DNA from: Podospora anserina
Lineage: Eukaryota
Assembly (NCBI GenBank): GCA_017654855.1
Contig: CM030336.1
Coordinates: 3,720,001 to 3,784,000 of the forward strand
Direction of reading: 5' to 3'
Length of the DNA: 64,000 nucleotides
Shown here: positions 12,606 to 26,116 of the stretch, one piece after another
Numbering within the stretch: position 1 is the first letter of the stretch
How the letters are laid out: each line of letters begins with the position of its first letter
Translations under genes and position numbers: made by a program
The notes under the pieces: model-generated
The model's input: the letters and a program-made list of their open reading frames with translations, nothing else
What the model was told of the DNA's origin: nothing
Database searches by the model: none

Positions 12606-15600
12606 GATGTAGATGCTGTCACTGTGCAGTCCCTAGACCTTCCTCCACACAGCGCGCGCGGTTCGATGAAGGGACGGTAGGTTATCCAGGGACTCTTCGA
12701 TGATGGGTCGAGCAAGTGTCAACGGTGTTTGGGATATGGTGGAGGGCAAAGCGAGCCAAGTTCGTTCGAAGATTGTTTTAGGGTAGAATTCGAGGTTCAA
12801 AGGGCCAGGCTAGTGATGCACCCGGTGGGCGGTGGGCTAGCGTTGCTGGGGGATTCGCCGAGTCAGCCAATGCGGGAGGCCGGGCGCCACTTCGCGGTGA
12901 TAAGCCGGGGGCCAGGAGCACTGCTGATAAGGAATTTCGATGCGGGGCAAAACCGCCTTCCAGCTTTTTAATGTGTTTTAAAGTTGCGGCCAACGTTTGT
13001 CTTTATGCTGTGCCATGCCCGTTCACCAGGCGGTCCATGCTTGAATCTTTTCAGCTATGGCCTTCCTCAGGACCAGCGGACCAGCGGGCTGGGAAGAGGG
13101 GGCAGATAAAGGTCAAGAGGCCACCCAGAAACATGCAAGTTCAATCCCAACCGAACCCCTCGAGTGAAACCCCAAGGCCTCGGTTACCTAGAAATGGGAG
13201 CTTTCCAGCCAATCAGAGCCCAGGGTTTGAACCACGGGCGTCACCAAGATGCTAATGACTACCTCGACAGTGTTCAGATAACACGGTGATGCCGCCTTGC
13301 GCCATCTATCTAGACTCTTCTGACGCTCTCTTGGCGAGTGATTGGGGAACGTGGGAGCAAGGAAGAGCTGGTGAATTCTTTTGGACATAGCTGAGACTCA
13401 TCCGACCTTCAATACCAGGGGTCCAGCTGGTAGAACACGACATCACGGTTACACAGATAGGTGCGGGATCCTGCTGCAACGAAGAAAAGGTACCGACTTT
13501 TGTATGGCTGTTGGCCTGCGACAATATGAAGATGTACATGAGCTGTGTTCTCTTTCCTGCGGCCGTTGCTACTCAACGCTCAGCTATGCAACCACACTCT
13601 AGCCTTCAACACGATGCTCAGCCAGATCCAACGACAATATTTTGACTTCTGAATGGACCATTCAACGATACAACAACCCGCTGCTCATGGGAGCCATTGC
13701 GAGCTACATCAACACCGTCTTACAAGGAAGGTCGCTTCTCTGATTGCCTAGTCTAGATCCGTCTGACACCACGGCTGACCATTTACGAAGGAGATTCCCT
13801 ATGAGTCCAAGAACTTCTTCAAGCAAGTAATAAAATGTGTGAAGTAGCGTATCTAGCAACAACTGTCCTCGTTCTCAGAGATGTCTTCCAAAGTCCTCTG
13901 AACCACGAGTAAAAGCACCCGAGGTACCTGGAGCCCCTGACCCATCTTCAAAACCTCGATGACCTGGTGCAGACAGTCGAGATCCGCTGAATATCAAATA
14001 TATTCAGTATAGCGCGGCTTGATTTATTACTCCGAATGGTCGCCAGCCAGCCCTGTGTAGCCGGAAGAGCCATGACGCATTACATATGCAGATTCTGTCT
14101 TCGGCCACAATATCCTCTTTGACGATCAGACAGGTGTGACTGTCCTGTCCTCTTTTTGATAGAAATACCATTGTCTCTTCCTCTCCAATATCGACCAGAC
14201 CATAAATGGAAATCTACGGTTGCCAACTCTTATACCTAGAATAATCTACAGCTCGCTTATACTAAACTGAACTACGGAATTCACTACTCTCTCCCGTGAA
14301 CCATATAACTGACCGCTTACCTTCAGTAATATACTCTGGAGACTGTAATTCGAAACGCGGTTTTTTTCGGGGCTATGTAGATATCTCATGTAGCCTCCCT
14401 ACTCTGATCGAGGAGATGGCTTGTAAACGAGTTACAAAGATATTGTTCAGGCCTTTGAGTAGGTTTCAAGACCTAATCTTCGAAGCATCTTCTTAGGGTA
14501 GCTGACTACATAAATACCTTACCTTTTCAGGTTTATGGCTTGAAAGATAAGATAAATGTAGCTCTCTGCGGATAACCAGGTAACTCTGAAATTGTTTTCT
14601 TTGTCATTTTTAGGGCCGACCAACAAATTTCCTTCGCTGATTTGCCCTCATGCTGCTATTACTCGAGATTCTTCAAGGACGGAGCTCGGAATTCCCAAAC
14701 ACAGATTTATATACCCAAGGTATATATGGGTATATATACAGGGAGACAAGAGCGAAACTTTCCATCTGGCAAATATTTGATGTCTTCCTTCAAGATGCCG
14801 CTTCCTCGCATCACCGAACGACAAAGTCAATTTAAGATATGTCGAGGTGAAGCTTGTCACGACCACCAAATGCCATCCTCACCTCTACTCCTCTACACCA
14901 CACCCTCTCCTCCCAATATGCGCCATCATGCATACCGACTACAGGCAAAAATGTTGTATCCCCCGCCCACGGCACATGCAATGCCATTCCATGCCGTACT
15001 CCCAGAAGACGCTCCCCCGTGCGACACCCTTTTGCTGACGGACCCTCCCTGATAAGCTTCCCCTTCCGCACATGCCGGAAGCAAGGGACCAAAACCGACC
15101 GATCACTTGCATGACACCCCTCGGTGCCCTCCTCCCTCAAAGCTCCATCCCGAAATCCCATCCTTTGGTCCCACATCCCATCTCCCGGCTTCCCAACGGC
15201 CCCGTTCCGCAGTATCGGCCTGAGTTTGAACCCAGCTCCCACCTGCCGTTCCATGATCAACATACCCGAAGCCCGCCAGATCCGTACCTTACGCAAGCAC
15301 CTTCAGGTCGGACTCGCTAAAAGACGAAGATCACCTGCAGTCGCCTGCCAACAGGAAACATAAAAGTAAAGATTTTCCTCTCTCCTTCGGCTATCGAATA
15401 CGAGAACTGGTACGCTGTCCTTAACGCCGGTCGACCAGTTCAGTTTGTCTGGGTAGCGAGTTTGGGAATGGGGCACTTGAACTGCCGATCATTAACTTTT
15501 GGGGTGGTCACCGAGTGCCGATGTTGGACTGCCCCTCGGTCGATCACCGCTGTAATACAGACACCACATGGTGTCGGGAGGGCGTATAGAAAGACACCAC

Positions 15601-18600
15601 TTTCCCTCTGGAGTGGCTAGTTTTCGAATCATTCTTGCAATATTCTCATTACCAGCTGATCACCCATTCTCAACAACTCTCATCAAAGCACGATATAGGG
15701 ACAGCAAGAAATTTCGAGAGATTACAACTCCAACCGCTGCTCAGCCACTCTCGGAAAATGAACACTCACAACGAACGCCGCCCATCAGTAACCACGGACT
15801 CCATAGCACGAGATTGGAAATATCACCTACCTGCACAGTAGAAGACCCAGTGTCTCTGTTTCCAGAAGAGGATCAAAGCACCAGCAAGCATGTAATATTT
15901 AACATAACCGAGCCAGGGCTTCATATCACCCCTCTCTTGTACGAGAAAATGCAAAGGCAACCCCCCTCCCCTTCTCCTGCAGCATAAACACCCGTTAACT
16001 GCAACCCTCAACCACCAGCCACGCCCCAGTGTTGAGGCATGGCAGGTGCATGTATCCCCACGCAGGGACGAGGCGGGTATTGATCACCCATCATCGATCA
16101 GCTTCCTTCTCCCCCGTTCTGGAAAACCACGACGATAGGCACGCACGTGGGTCCACAAAAGCAAGTTGACAAAAAACAGTTGTGCTTATACTACTTTAAA
16201 CGGCCATACTATCACCGCTTTTAATATCTGCTGAATGGGATTTAGACAGTACACTCCTCAGTGCTTCAGAGTACTTGCTAAACTTTCGTTGACTTGTTTG
16301 GGCCAGAAATAGGTGGTCATCGCGCCGTCAAGTGAGCAGAGTCGGTGTTGGATTTGCACAACTGCTTGTTGGGTCCCGCGTGGCATGCCGGCGGTGATCG
16401 GCAGTCCTAGCACCACCACACGGTTTACCACAAAGGCAGTCGTCCCCGAGCAATCCCATCATTGTCATGCCATTTTTCAACTTTCCCATGTCCCCGGTTG
16501 CTCCCATCATCCCATTCTCTCCCCAATCTCGGGCTGCATAAGTGCGGCTTACCAACAGGTAGATAAGTAGGTAAGTGCTGGTGATGATCTTTTATAAATA
16601 ACACTTTCGACGTCGCCTTGGGCTGCATCACCCCTTCTAGTAGATACATGATGACAAAAACACGTTTTGACCTTATGGGAAAGTGTTGATAGCCTGACAC
16701 CCCCCGGATTTGTGACAGAATGCTTGAACCCAACTAAGAGTCTTGTTACTGGGATCAGTGTGAAGAGATCGCACTATTTCCCTAGGTAGGTGAAAATCGT
16801 ACCACCCCACCTAACCTCCCTGTGTTTAGAAAACTTCACGAGATGTGCTTTCTCGTGTTTACCTTCTATCGTTGTATCAAACTACAACTTCAAGTTATTG
16901 CTCGAGAAGGGCTTTCCCTTAGTTGATGGCAAGGGTAGGTGCTTGCCATGTGGAGATGTTGTCACCCGTTTGCTAACCCGACAGCGAAAGCTCTCTCTTC
17001 TCAGCGCCGTTGAGAAGGAGAGTGACAAGAGCGTTTCTCGTTTTCTGCCAACAAAATGCACTGGTTGTGTGTTCATCATGTTTGCTGCAAGGACGTTCGT
17101 TAGGCCAACGTGGAAACCACGCCCACCCTGACAACCGTTTTCCACACCACCCAAAGACCACGCAACGAACCGGGGGTGGAAGCGGCGAGGTAGGGAGGTG
17201 ATCAGCGTTCAGCCTGCCGCCCGCCGCGGGGTAAAGAAAGCGCTGCAACGGCGACGGTAGGGCAGAGAGAACGTTGACGGTTGACGGCAGCAGCAAACCA
17301 ACCAGACAGGGAAAGGATTGGCCCACCAGAGAAACCATCATTCATCCAACTTTGGAGAACACAGCGGTGTATCCTGGTTGCTGGCACTGTGGTGTGAGAC
17401 CCCTAAATTATGGTCTTTTGGAATGGTCATAGTTGCCATCTAATAGAAGACGGCCATGGTCATGTCTCTGGCCTCAAGACTGTGAGGTGAAGCGGTCGTT
17501 GAAGATAGAGTCATCTCTCTTATCTACCAATGAAACGACAACCATTCATACCACCCGTACCTACTTAGGTATGACGCGAAGAATGCCTCTAGTGCCCATT
17601 CTCTACCTCGCGCAAACGCCCCTCGAGTTTACATCTCTTACTCAGGCAAGGTAGCCAGTCAGTATCCGTCATCTCTCTTAGCTCTTGCAACACCTCACTG
17701 GAGTAGTGCAGCAGCCCCTGAATCGAATCCAGTCCCCTCAGTCAATATTGTAACCCTCCTCCCCTTCCACAACAACGACCCAGGGCACTCGGGATGGACC
17801 CCAACATTTACCCGTTCCTCTACCTCCACCACCCACCTACATATACCATGTACGCCATCCGCATTGCAGCCCATCCATCGTCCACCCGCTACCGAGACCG
17901 GGGTTCTCAAACAAACAACACCAAAGATGAAAATAAAAAACAGACGATGCCACAATCCACGGGGCCCACCCCCCAGACTCCGAATGCTGTCCCTCTCTCG
18001 CAAGATTAGCTTCAAAAAATGTCCTCTGTGAATATCGATTATGTCAGCCAAGTCTTTTTCCCACTTTAACCCCGAAGTCGGTGAGAAAGTGGAAGTAGTA
18101 TGTATAATCGGTATGTGTGTGTTTTGATATCGCCAGTGGGTTAAGCACCACACTGCGGCATGTACTCCGGGTTCTGTAGCACTGTGCATTATCCTCACCA
18201 CACACACACACGGGCATCCCCCCAGTGCAGGAAAGCAAAGCAAGCAATATCCGCCGTATAAGCAACCGTGAGAAAGAAATGTGGTGTGCAGTAATATCGT
18301 AGCACTGCATACCTAGGTAAAAAGCTCGTCTCCAACCACTGGGAACTGCCGGATTTGACTCCGTGGAGCAAAAAAGATCATCAACGGGTTTCCTCGCGAT
18401 TTCCGGACCCTGCCTGTGTCGGTGAATCCCCCTCCTCGGAGTCAGCCGGCAATTCAGGGTGTTTAGGGTCCCATTGGGAAATATTTTATACACAAAAAAA
18501 AAGCCGATCATCTCGTGTTTGTCCGATCTGTTGGAGAGGTGTGTCGTTCAAGCAGCCCCCTTGCTCGCGTCAACTCGAGGCTCCACCGCGCTTGTCAGAA

Positions 18601-21600
18601 AAGAAACGCACGGACTGATGGGGGTCGGAAGAGAGAAAGGGCCCGTGCCCACCCTTGACAGGTTCAACGCTGACGTCATTTTACGTCTGATATGGAGCCA
18701 GACCCAACGACCTCCCCCCCCCCCGCCCACTAACCGAGAAATAAACGGTGTTCGCTCCGACAAGCGGTTAAGCGGGAATGAAGGGCGGGGGGAGGGATGG
18801 ACGGCTGGAACGGCTGGGGGTTGGGTCGAGACGAAGAAGGACGCCCAGCCTCGTCGCAACCACACACCACCTTCTTCATCAGTGATGAGACGACGAAAGA
18901 GAGAAAGCAATGGGATTTCGGCAACAATCCGATATTGACAACATGCAGAGGTGACATGTCAGAATGACGTAGCGGCCGCAGGAGGACCGCCTCGGCTGCA
19001 GGACCGACTGCTCGTCGGCGAATCACACACAGCGGGTGTTTCTGTGAACACGCGGCAGAGTGATCGCCCACCCTCTCGATTTTACCCCATGATAGGCAAT
19101 GATCTGATGGTGGTTATCAATTTGGCCGCCTCTGATTCGGTGCTTGCTGGCTTTACTGCTGGTATCATCAATCTTGTGATTTGTTCTGAAGCGGTGAAGT
19201 TTGCGACAGAAATGCTTCTGTTGATGAAAATTGGGGGCCGATATGCCACGTAGAACCACCACCACTGGGGCACTGACCACCCGACAGTGAGCAATAGCTC
19301 CGGGGAACGGCTCCTCTCCCGCGACAAAACCCCCCCTCTTTTTTTTTCTTTTTTGAAACGCTCCGGACTGGATGGAGCCATGACGTCATGTTAGTCCAGT
19401 GTCAAATGCTGGGTCCACCAGGTGCTGGGAATAGCTTCACACGCTTCGCAACGAGAGGAGGGTATCCCAGGGATGCTAAACAATGGCGTGCCTTTAGCCA
19501 AGTCGGCAGTGTGTCAAGCAGATATGCAAATACGGTGTAGAGGCTATATCAGCATCAATGACAGTGAGCACGTGCTCACGATCATATATAGAATAGAACC
19601 AACCGTATGCAGCCTGCTGTATTGGGGAACACAGAGGTAGCGTAGCTCACTGCTGCATAGAGATAGTTTTGTAGATGTATGTATGTATGTATGTATGTAT
19701 GTATGTATGTATGGGTGTATAATAATAGATCGTATGTAGAGATAGATCTCAGGGTCTTGCGCCCCCTTCACGACCCTTTTTGCAGCAGTGCTGATATTCT
19801 GCCGGCTTTGGAAGAGCAATGATACCGAATCGTAGCACTGAATCCCGAGAACCCCTTGCAGATCGGGAGATCGAGCCCGTGAACGCAGTGGGTCGATCGT
19901 GATGAGAAAAAAAAGTGTTTGGGACGCTGTGGCTGTGGCTGTGAGTTCATCCATTCTGGCCCTGAGAGCGAGCATTCCACCGCTCTGGTATTTTTCTTCT
20001 ACACGACCGTTAGATCCTCTATGGAGTCTCTGATTCTGGCCAGCTTTCGACCTGGACCCGGGCTTAGCACTGCATGCGATGCAGGTCAAAAGAGCTTGGC
20101 CTTGTTGTCACGGCTGCTGCTCCCGCCGTCCGTTCACCTGCTGCCGCCGGGGACGGCGAGCCCTTTTCGGCAACATGTAAACACTCACTCAGCCTTATGC
20201 GCAAAGGGTGTTCGTGTCTGCTTCTCGCCTTTGTACATACATGCATGCCATCGCAGTTCATGTATGTGGGCATTTCAGACTCGGGACGGATATGGTTCCC
20301 CTTCAAGAGCCGGTGACACGGCGTAAGCGAAGGGGGGAAAAGAGATTGTGTTGCTAGCATTCTGCTACCAGAAGACTTCCAGAATGCCGATACTGAAACT
20401 TTGAGATTCGGGAGCCCAAAAGAAGTTGAGATCGACGTAATCGTGCCTCGAGCCGACACGGGTGTCCCTGTTCAGATTGGACGAGTTTATGCTGTGGGCC
20501 GGGCAGGTCGATACCACCACAAAAGGAACAGAACGAGCCGGCCAAGTGTGACATGTCATTGTCTGCTGATATTTGCTGCTATAAGGTTCATGTGAAGAGG
20601 ATCCCTGGTGGTGTTGCTGCCGATGAGGACGAACAAACGTGATTGTGAAAATAATAATATGTGGAATGTTTTCGCACGCTAGATCAATTGGGCAAGCAAG
20701 ACACAACGGAATAGTGACTGACGTCATAATTGTGAGAATTTAACGTAGCGTTTTTGAGTGCGCATGTGGATGCAGATCCCTGCCAGCCATTGCTGCGCGG
20801 CCGAGTCGACCATCACCAGCACCCCCCGGAGGACCCCAGACCCCGAAAAAGAGGGGTCTTGGTTGAGCGCAAAAGATATCGATTCTGAGACTTCTTCAAG
20901 AGGTGTCTGTAGTTCTGGAGCCATGATAACCAAAATGTCTTAGAGGACACAACAATCGAAGGTGAGGCCGGACTTTTTCGTTGAACAGTGGACAGGCACC
21001 AAAACTTTGAGACGGCCACACGGGATAGAAACGGTGTGGCTAGGATAGCCCTGCCAATTCCTGCGCCCGCTTAAGGGCTAAGACGGAACCCCATACCGCA
21101 ACGAGTCTCTGCCACTTCTTCGGGTGGGGTGGAGAGGGGGGGAGTTTTGGCACTCACTCACGCACTCACACAATCCATCAAAATTTCAGCAGGACATGAG
21201 TGAGGTGTTCGACCGAAGTTGCCATTTTCGTGGCGAACCTGGGTGCTGTATGTAAGGCAACGACAGAGCCCGTGAGCCCGTTCCCTCAGCATTGCTCAGC
21301 ACTGACAAAAGTTCCCTGCGTACGGATGACTGCTTTTCCTCTGCACGGAGTTTTTCCTAGTTTTCTATCTATCAATTGACAACTGTGGCTAGAACATAGT
21401 GATCTCCTCTCCTTCTAGACCGCACAGATAGACGATGCTTCGCAGGCTTCGCAAGCTCGAGGCGAGTGGCTGAGCACAGCCACATCTCCTCTCTGGGTGT
21501 CTGGGTAGTCGGTCGTCTGTGGTAGTCCTGGAGAATGTAGCTGTACTTTACCCGACGCACCACCTTCCCAACGATATTTACCTTAATAGCCGTGCTATAT

Positions 21601-23423
21601 GTATAACGGCGGTGCGAGGCATTGGACAATCGGATTTCCTCTACAACCAGCTCCTGACACTTTCGGAAAAGGTTGCCGTCTTACAACCTCAATTGAGAAC
21701 GGACGGCCGAACCGCTCCTGCCAGATGTGGACGGAGGCGCGGGCAATCTCCCATTCCGAGGGCCCCGTTACCTCGATCTCGATCTGTTACCTTACTCACC
21801 TTGAAACCACGACGAGATTGCGCGTGGGTTTGCGGTCGAGATTCATGACATGACAGCATGAGGAAGATGAACAGGCAGCGGCACAGAGGATGATGCATGT
21901 TTATGGTTTTGTTTGATGATGGGTGAACTTCCCCGCGCCTGCATCGAAATGGTTTAATGGGTGGATGCGACACACCCTGGTGTGGGTCAAGACCGGTATA
22001 TTTCATCCCTCCTTCAATCTTATTATATTCTCTAGCTGCATGCTGTCACCGTTGTCGAGGTCCTGGTCACAATGAGAAATGCGGACAAGGTATGGCGAAG
22101 GACTCGACCACCCATCCCTCCACAGCAGCCTCGTCTCCTCTCCTCTCCTCTCACCAGCAAAATCATGATAATAATTATTGCACCACTATTTTGTGCGGTG
22201 AGATACCCATGTATCAAAAGTGTCGACCGAGTAAAGACACACCCTTGCCATTTTTTGCGGGAGAAGCACGGGAAAACCCCGCACCAGGTGTGATGTGCCC
22301 GACATGCAATTCGCAATGCCCATACAGAAGTGTTCCATGTGCTTGATGAGAAGTGCCAGACGAGATGGCCGCGTCAGGCTGAGATGGGGGGTACTTCCAT
22401 CCGCGCCGCTCTCTCACTCTCTCGCTCTCTCATCAGTTTCTTTAGTTCTTTCTTGATGGCCTGTCGTCTCCCGCTCTCCCACATAAAGATAACCAAAATA
22501 TTCTTGCAGCCATCGACCGGCTGCAGCTCCAGTGGCAACCACCTGACCCTCCCGAGCGGTACGGTACCCTTCTCGCAAACAAATTTCCCGCATCGTCGAG
22601 TCTCCTCTCGTTCTCTCGGCCCCGTTGTTGCTCTCTCTCTCTCGCTCCATGCATGGATGTACCTCGACATCGCCCAGCATTTCCGGCCCCACCCCCCCTT
22701 CGACTCTGACACTGGATTACTCTTTCCAGTTAGACCACCCTATAGCGCACCACCTTTTTCACGCATTCCCCCCATCCCCCATCCCCATCTCCATTAATCC
22801 ATAACTAAGGTAACAAGGTACCTCTTGCCCCGGCCACACCTCCACCTCGGCCTGTCAGTCAAAACTCTGAACTCAGGCCTATCCCTCATCAGTCCTCAGT
22901 TCCCTCAGTTTCAATCTTTTTCTTTCTCTGGTCCACAGACGAGCCTGAGTTTTCGCGCTTATTAGCTGAGCTTGTACCAGCCGGTATATACAAGGCCGGC
23001 CGCACCTCTCGTCCAGTCCATGCACCCGAAAGACCTACTGGACCTTCCGAATACCAGACAATAATAACCTTACCCTCCTCTGCCTGGCAACTTTGCCGTT
23101 TTCCCTCGCTTGCTGGCTTTCTTTTTTTTTTTTTCCCCACAGCTCGTTCCGTTTGTCGAGCGAGCATATACATCCTCGAAACATCTGATCTCGTCGATAA
23201 GGTAGCTTGTTCCCTACCTGCCAGAGCTCTACTCACCTCCCCCACCATCCCACCGTCGCTTCCCGCCCACTCACCGTACGGTACACACACGTTCAAGCTG
23301 TCTTTGCAACGACCCACGATATATCTCACAACACGGTGCGCTTGACCGAGATAAAAGAGCGCTCCACCAAAGAGCTGTTGCCCGCAGTCGCTACCACCGG
23401 TGCAGTGTCTCCTCGTCGCAGAC

Positions 23424-23748
23424 ATGTTTCGACAAAGGTGAGTCGTCGAAGCCCTGTTCGAAAAAATAAAATAAAAAGATCGGACTGCCCAAAGGAGGTC
23501 CGCGCAACTCGCGCTCGACTATGACCTCGGCCCGTGAACTTTTGCTGACACGAGAATTTCCACTCATTAGGACGAGCTCGCAGAAGCCTGGGGATGATCT
23601 GCTGGCCAATTTTAGACAACAGTTCCCTGAGGTTGCCGCTGTCACTTCATCAGCCGGTGCAGCCCAGCCAGCCAGCACCGCCACCGCTAGCCACCCCGCA
23701 GTTGCTGTTTCGGCGCAAGAAACGTATGTTCTTTTTCTCCTGTTAACC

Positions 23749-23782
<34 letters not shown>

Positions 23783-26116
23783 AAGAAGTCTACCAAAAAG
23801 CCAAACTCGGCGCGGGGTCAACGTCTGATTCCAGACAGTCAGGGCTTGGCGCCTCACCGTTAGCAACCGTTTGACTAACACGGCCGTGGCAGATCTCAAA
23901 CTCTAAGCCATGAGGCTTTTCGCGACCAGGACCCGACTCCTCGGGCAGCAGCGGCCAACGAGCCGTGGAGATTCACGCCGTCCTTGCTAGACCCGGGCTC
24001 GTTTTCTTTTGCCAACTTTCCCCACCAAACCGGCGGGTACTATACCCCTACCCCAGGAGGCACGAATACACTTTACCATCCTACCGCTGGCGACCTCCAC
24101 ACACCCACCCTCGGTCTGGGAATGGGGCTTGGGACACCGTTGTCCCTGCCGACCTCAGATGGAGCTATTCACTCCGGGACTACCGCAATGGACGTGGGTG
24201 ACTTTCACCATGGATTTGGCCATCCTCAGCAGTTTCATCAGTTCCACCCTTTCATGCAGCATCAGCCTCCGCAACCGTCGTTTGCCCCATCATCGATATT
24301 CCGCCAGGATACCGGGTACGAGACCATGGACCAAGATGACTCTCCCATGAATTCCGACCCTGCAGATGAGCATATGGTGTCTATCGACAGCAAATTCCAC
24401 GGCCAGTCTCCCATGGTTGCCTTCCAGACAAGACAGTTTGGAATGTCCATGTCGGTTCCTCTCCCGGCGTCTGCGGAAAAGTTCCGCTTCCACACTGCTT
24501 TGAATGCCCCAACAGCCATGATCAAGCATGCCGACGAGATTCCCGTGACATATCTCAACAAGGGTCAGGCCTATTCGCTCTCAATTGTCGATACCAACCC
24601 GCCGATGCCCATGGCGCCTGGTACCCGTTTCCGCACCTTTGTCAGAATCTCCTTTGAGGATGAGCAGCAGAGACAAAAGCCGGGCGTGTGCTGGAGCTTG
24701 TGGAAAGAGGGACGCGGAACTAACGAGGCCCATCAGAGAGGAGGAAAGCTGCAGGCTGTCGAGTACGTTGAGGCTGGACAGCCTTCCGAAGGCGACGATA
24801 AACGGGCCCGTATCGAGCTGGAGACTGCTTCATTTGACGGCTTCTCCGTGGTTTGGACTCCGGGCATCAACGGCGCCGTCGAGTGCAACATTGCTGTCCG
24901 CTTCAACTTCCTCTCCACCGACTTTAGCCATTCCAAGGGCGTCAAGGGCATTCCTGTGAGGCTCTGTGCCAAGACACACATCCTCCCATCGGATCCTTCC
25001 CAGTCACCACCGCCTTCGTCCCCTGAGGCTGAGATCTGCTACTGCAAAGTCAAGCTGTTCCGTGACCACGGAGCGGAGCGCAAACTCTCCAATGATGTTG
25101 CGCACGTCAGGAAAACCATCGATAAGCTCAAGCAGCAGATCGCCCAGGCCGAGAGTGGGATGAAGGACTTTGGCAAGCGCAAGAGACCCAGCGCAGCGCA
25201 GTCCAAGAGCAGCTCGGCAGTCCAGAGACCCGGCAAGGTGCAGAAGCACAAGCGTACCTGGTCCATGTCCTCAGCCAGCTCTGCTGGAGGCGGTGGCAGA
25301 CCGAATCTTGAGGAAGATTTGCACTTCAAGCTACAGACTCTCCAGGACATGTTTACCAGCACCCGTCCTGTGAGTGTCCTGTACCTTCGGGGTGACGATA
25401 TTGACGACCCTGATCTTCATCCGGTGTCGCTTCCCGGAGAGCCCGTCGATCTCACCAGGGTGGACACGGACCCGGCCGCTTGGAGAAGCGAACGTAGCTC
25501 CATGGCTGGATCTTCGCTGGTCTCGCCATCACCGAGCTCACTTTCTCTTCATTCACAGGCCTCTGTAGCCGGTAAGCCGAACTGGCAAGACTATCAGATT
25601 GGTTCCGATGGTTCCGCACAGGGTGGCAACCAGCCCACCAAGGTCAGGAAGGTGGACGAAGCTGGTCACCTCACGGGGTGGATTGAGGCCTTGGGCGTTG
25701 ACTCTTCTTACCGACCACCACAGGAGCGCCCTCCCAAACCTGTCGCGTGTTTCTATGTGGCGCGACGAAACTTCTCGGAGCCCTCTGGCCAGGAACTGCA
25801 CCGTGCCGTCTACTTGATGCAAAGGACGCTCTCCGATTTTGTCGGAAGACTCTCTGTGAAGTACAACTTTGACGTTGGTAGGGTGATCCGAACAGTACAC
25901 GTCTTGCCTCGTGGCATCGAAGTCGAGATGGACGACGACGTCATCCGCGAAATTCCCGAGGGCCAGGACATGACACTGGAGGTCATCGAGACGGGCGGCT
26001 GTGGTGTCAAGCGCGAATGGGAAATGGCGGTCGACGCCCCTGGGGAGTCTGACATGCCTTCCCCATCCAACAACACGGCGCCACAGAGGGGTTATGAGCT
26101 TCGATTGCGGTATTAA
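23424..26116 (+). CDS. grhl: Grainyhead/CP2-family transcription factor (Neurospora grhl/csp-2-like); exons 23424-23437, 23571-23723, 23893-26116
   Basis: CP2 DNA-binding domain motifs VTYLNKGQAY, FNFLSTDFSHSKGVKGIPVRLC, CKVKLFRDHGAERK; spliced N-terminus MFRQR|TSSQKPGDDLLANFRQQF..QET|SQTL..WRFTPSLLDP stays in frame. Confidence 0.92.
23752..23779. repeat. (GT)n microsatellite in intron 2 of the Grainyhead-like gene
   Basis: Run of about 14 GT units seen directly. Confidence 0.95.

Noticed and set aside
14832-15296. 154-aa minus-strand ORF with Cys/Trp-rich alternative frames
   Set aside because: No convincing domain and frames broken by stops; cannot be supported as a gene or pseudogene without a search
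16621-16636. Resemblance to the bacterial 16S 3' end (GGCTGGATCACCTCCTT)
   Set aside because: Short, imperfect and with no flanking rRNA similarity; coincidence
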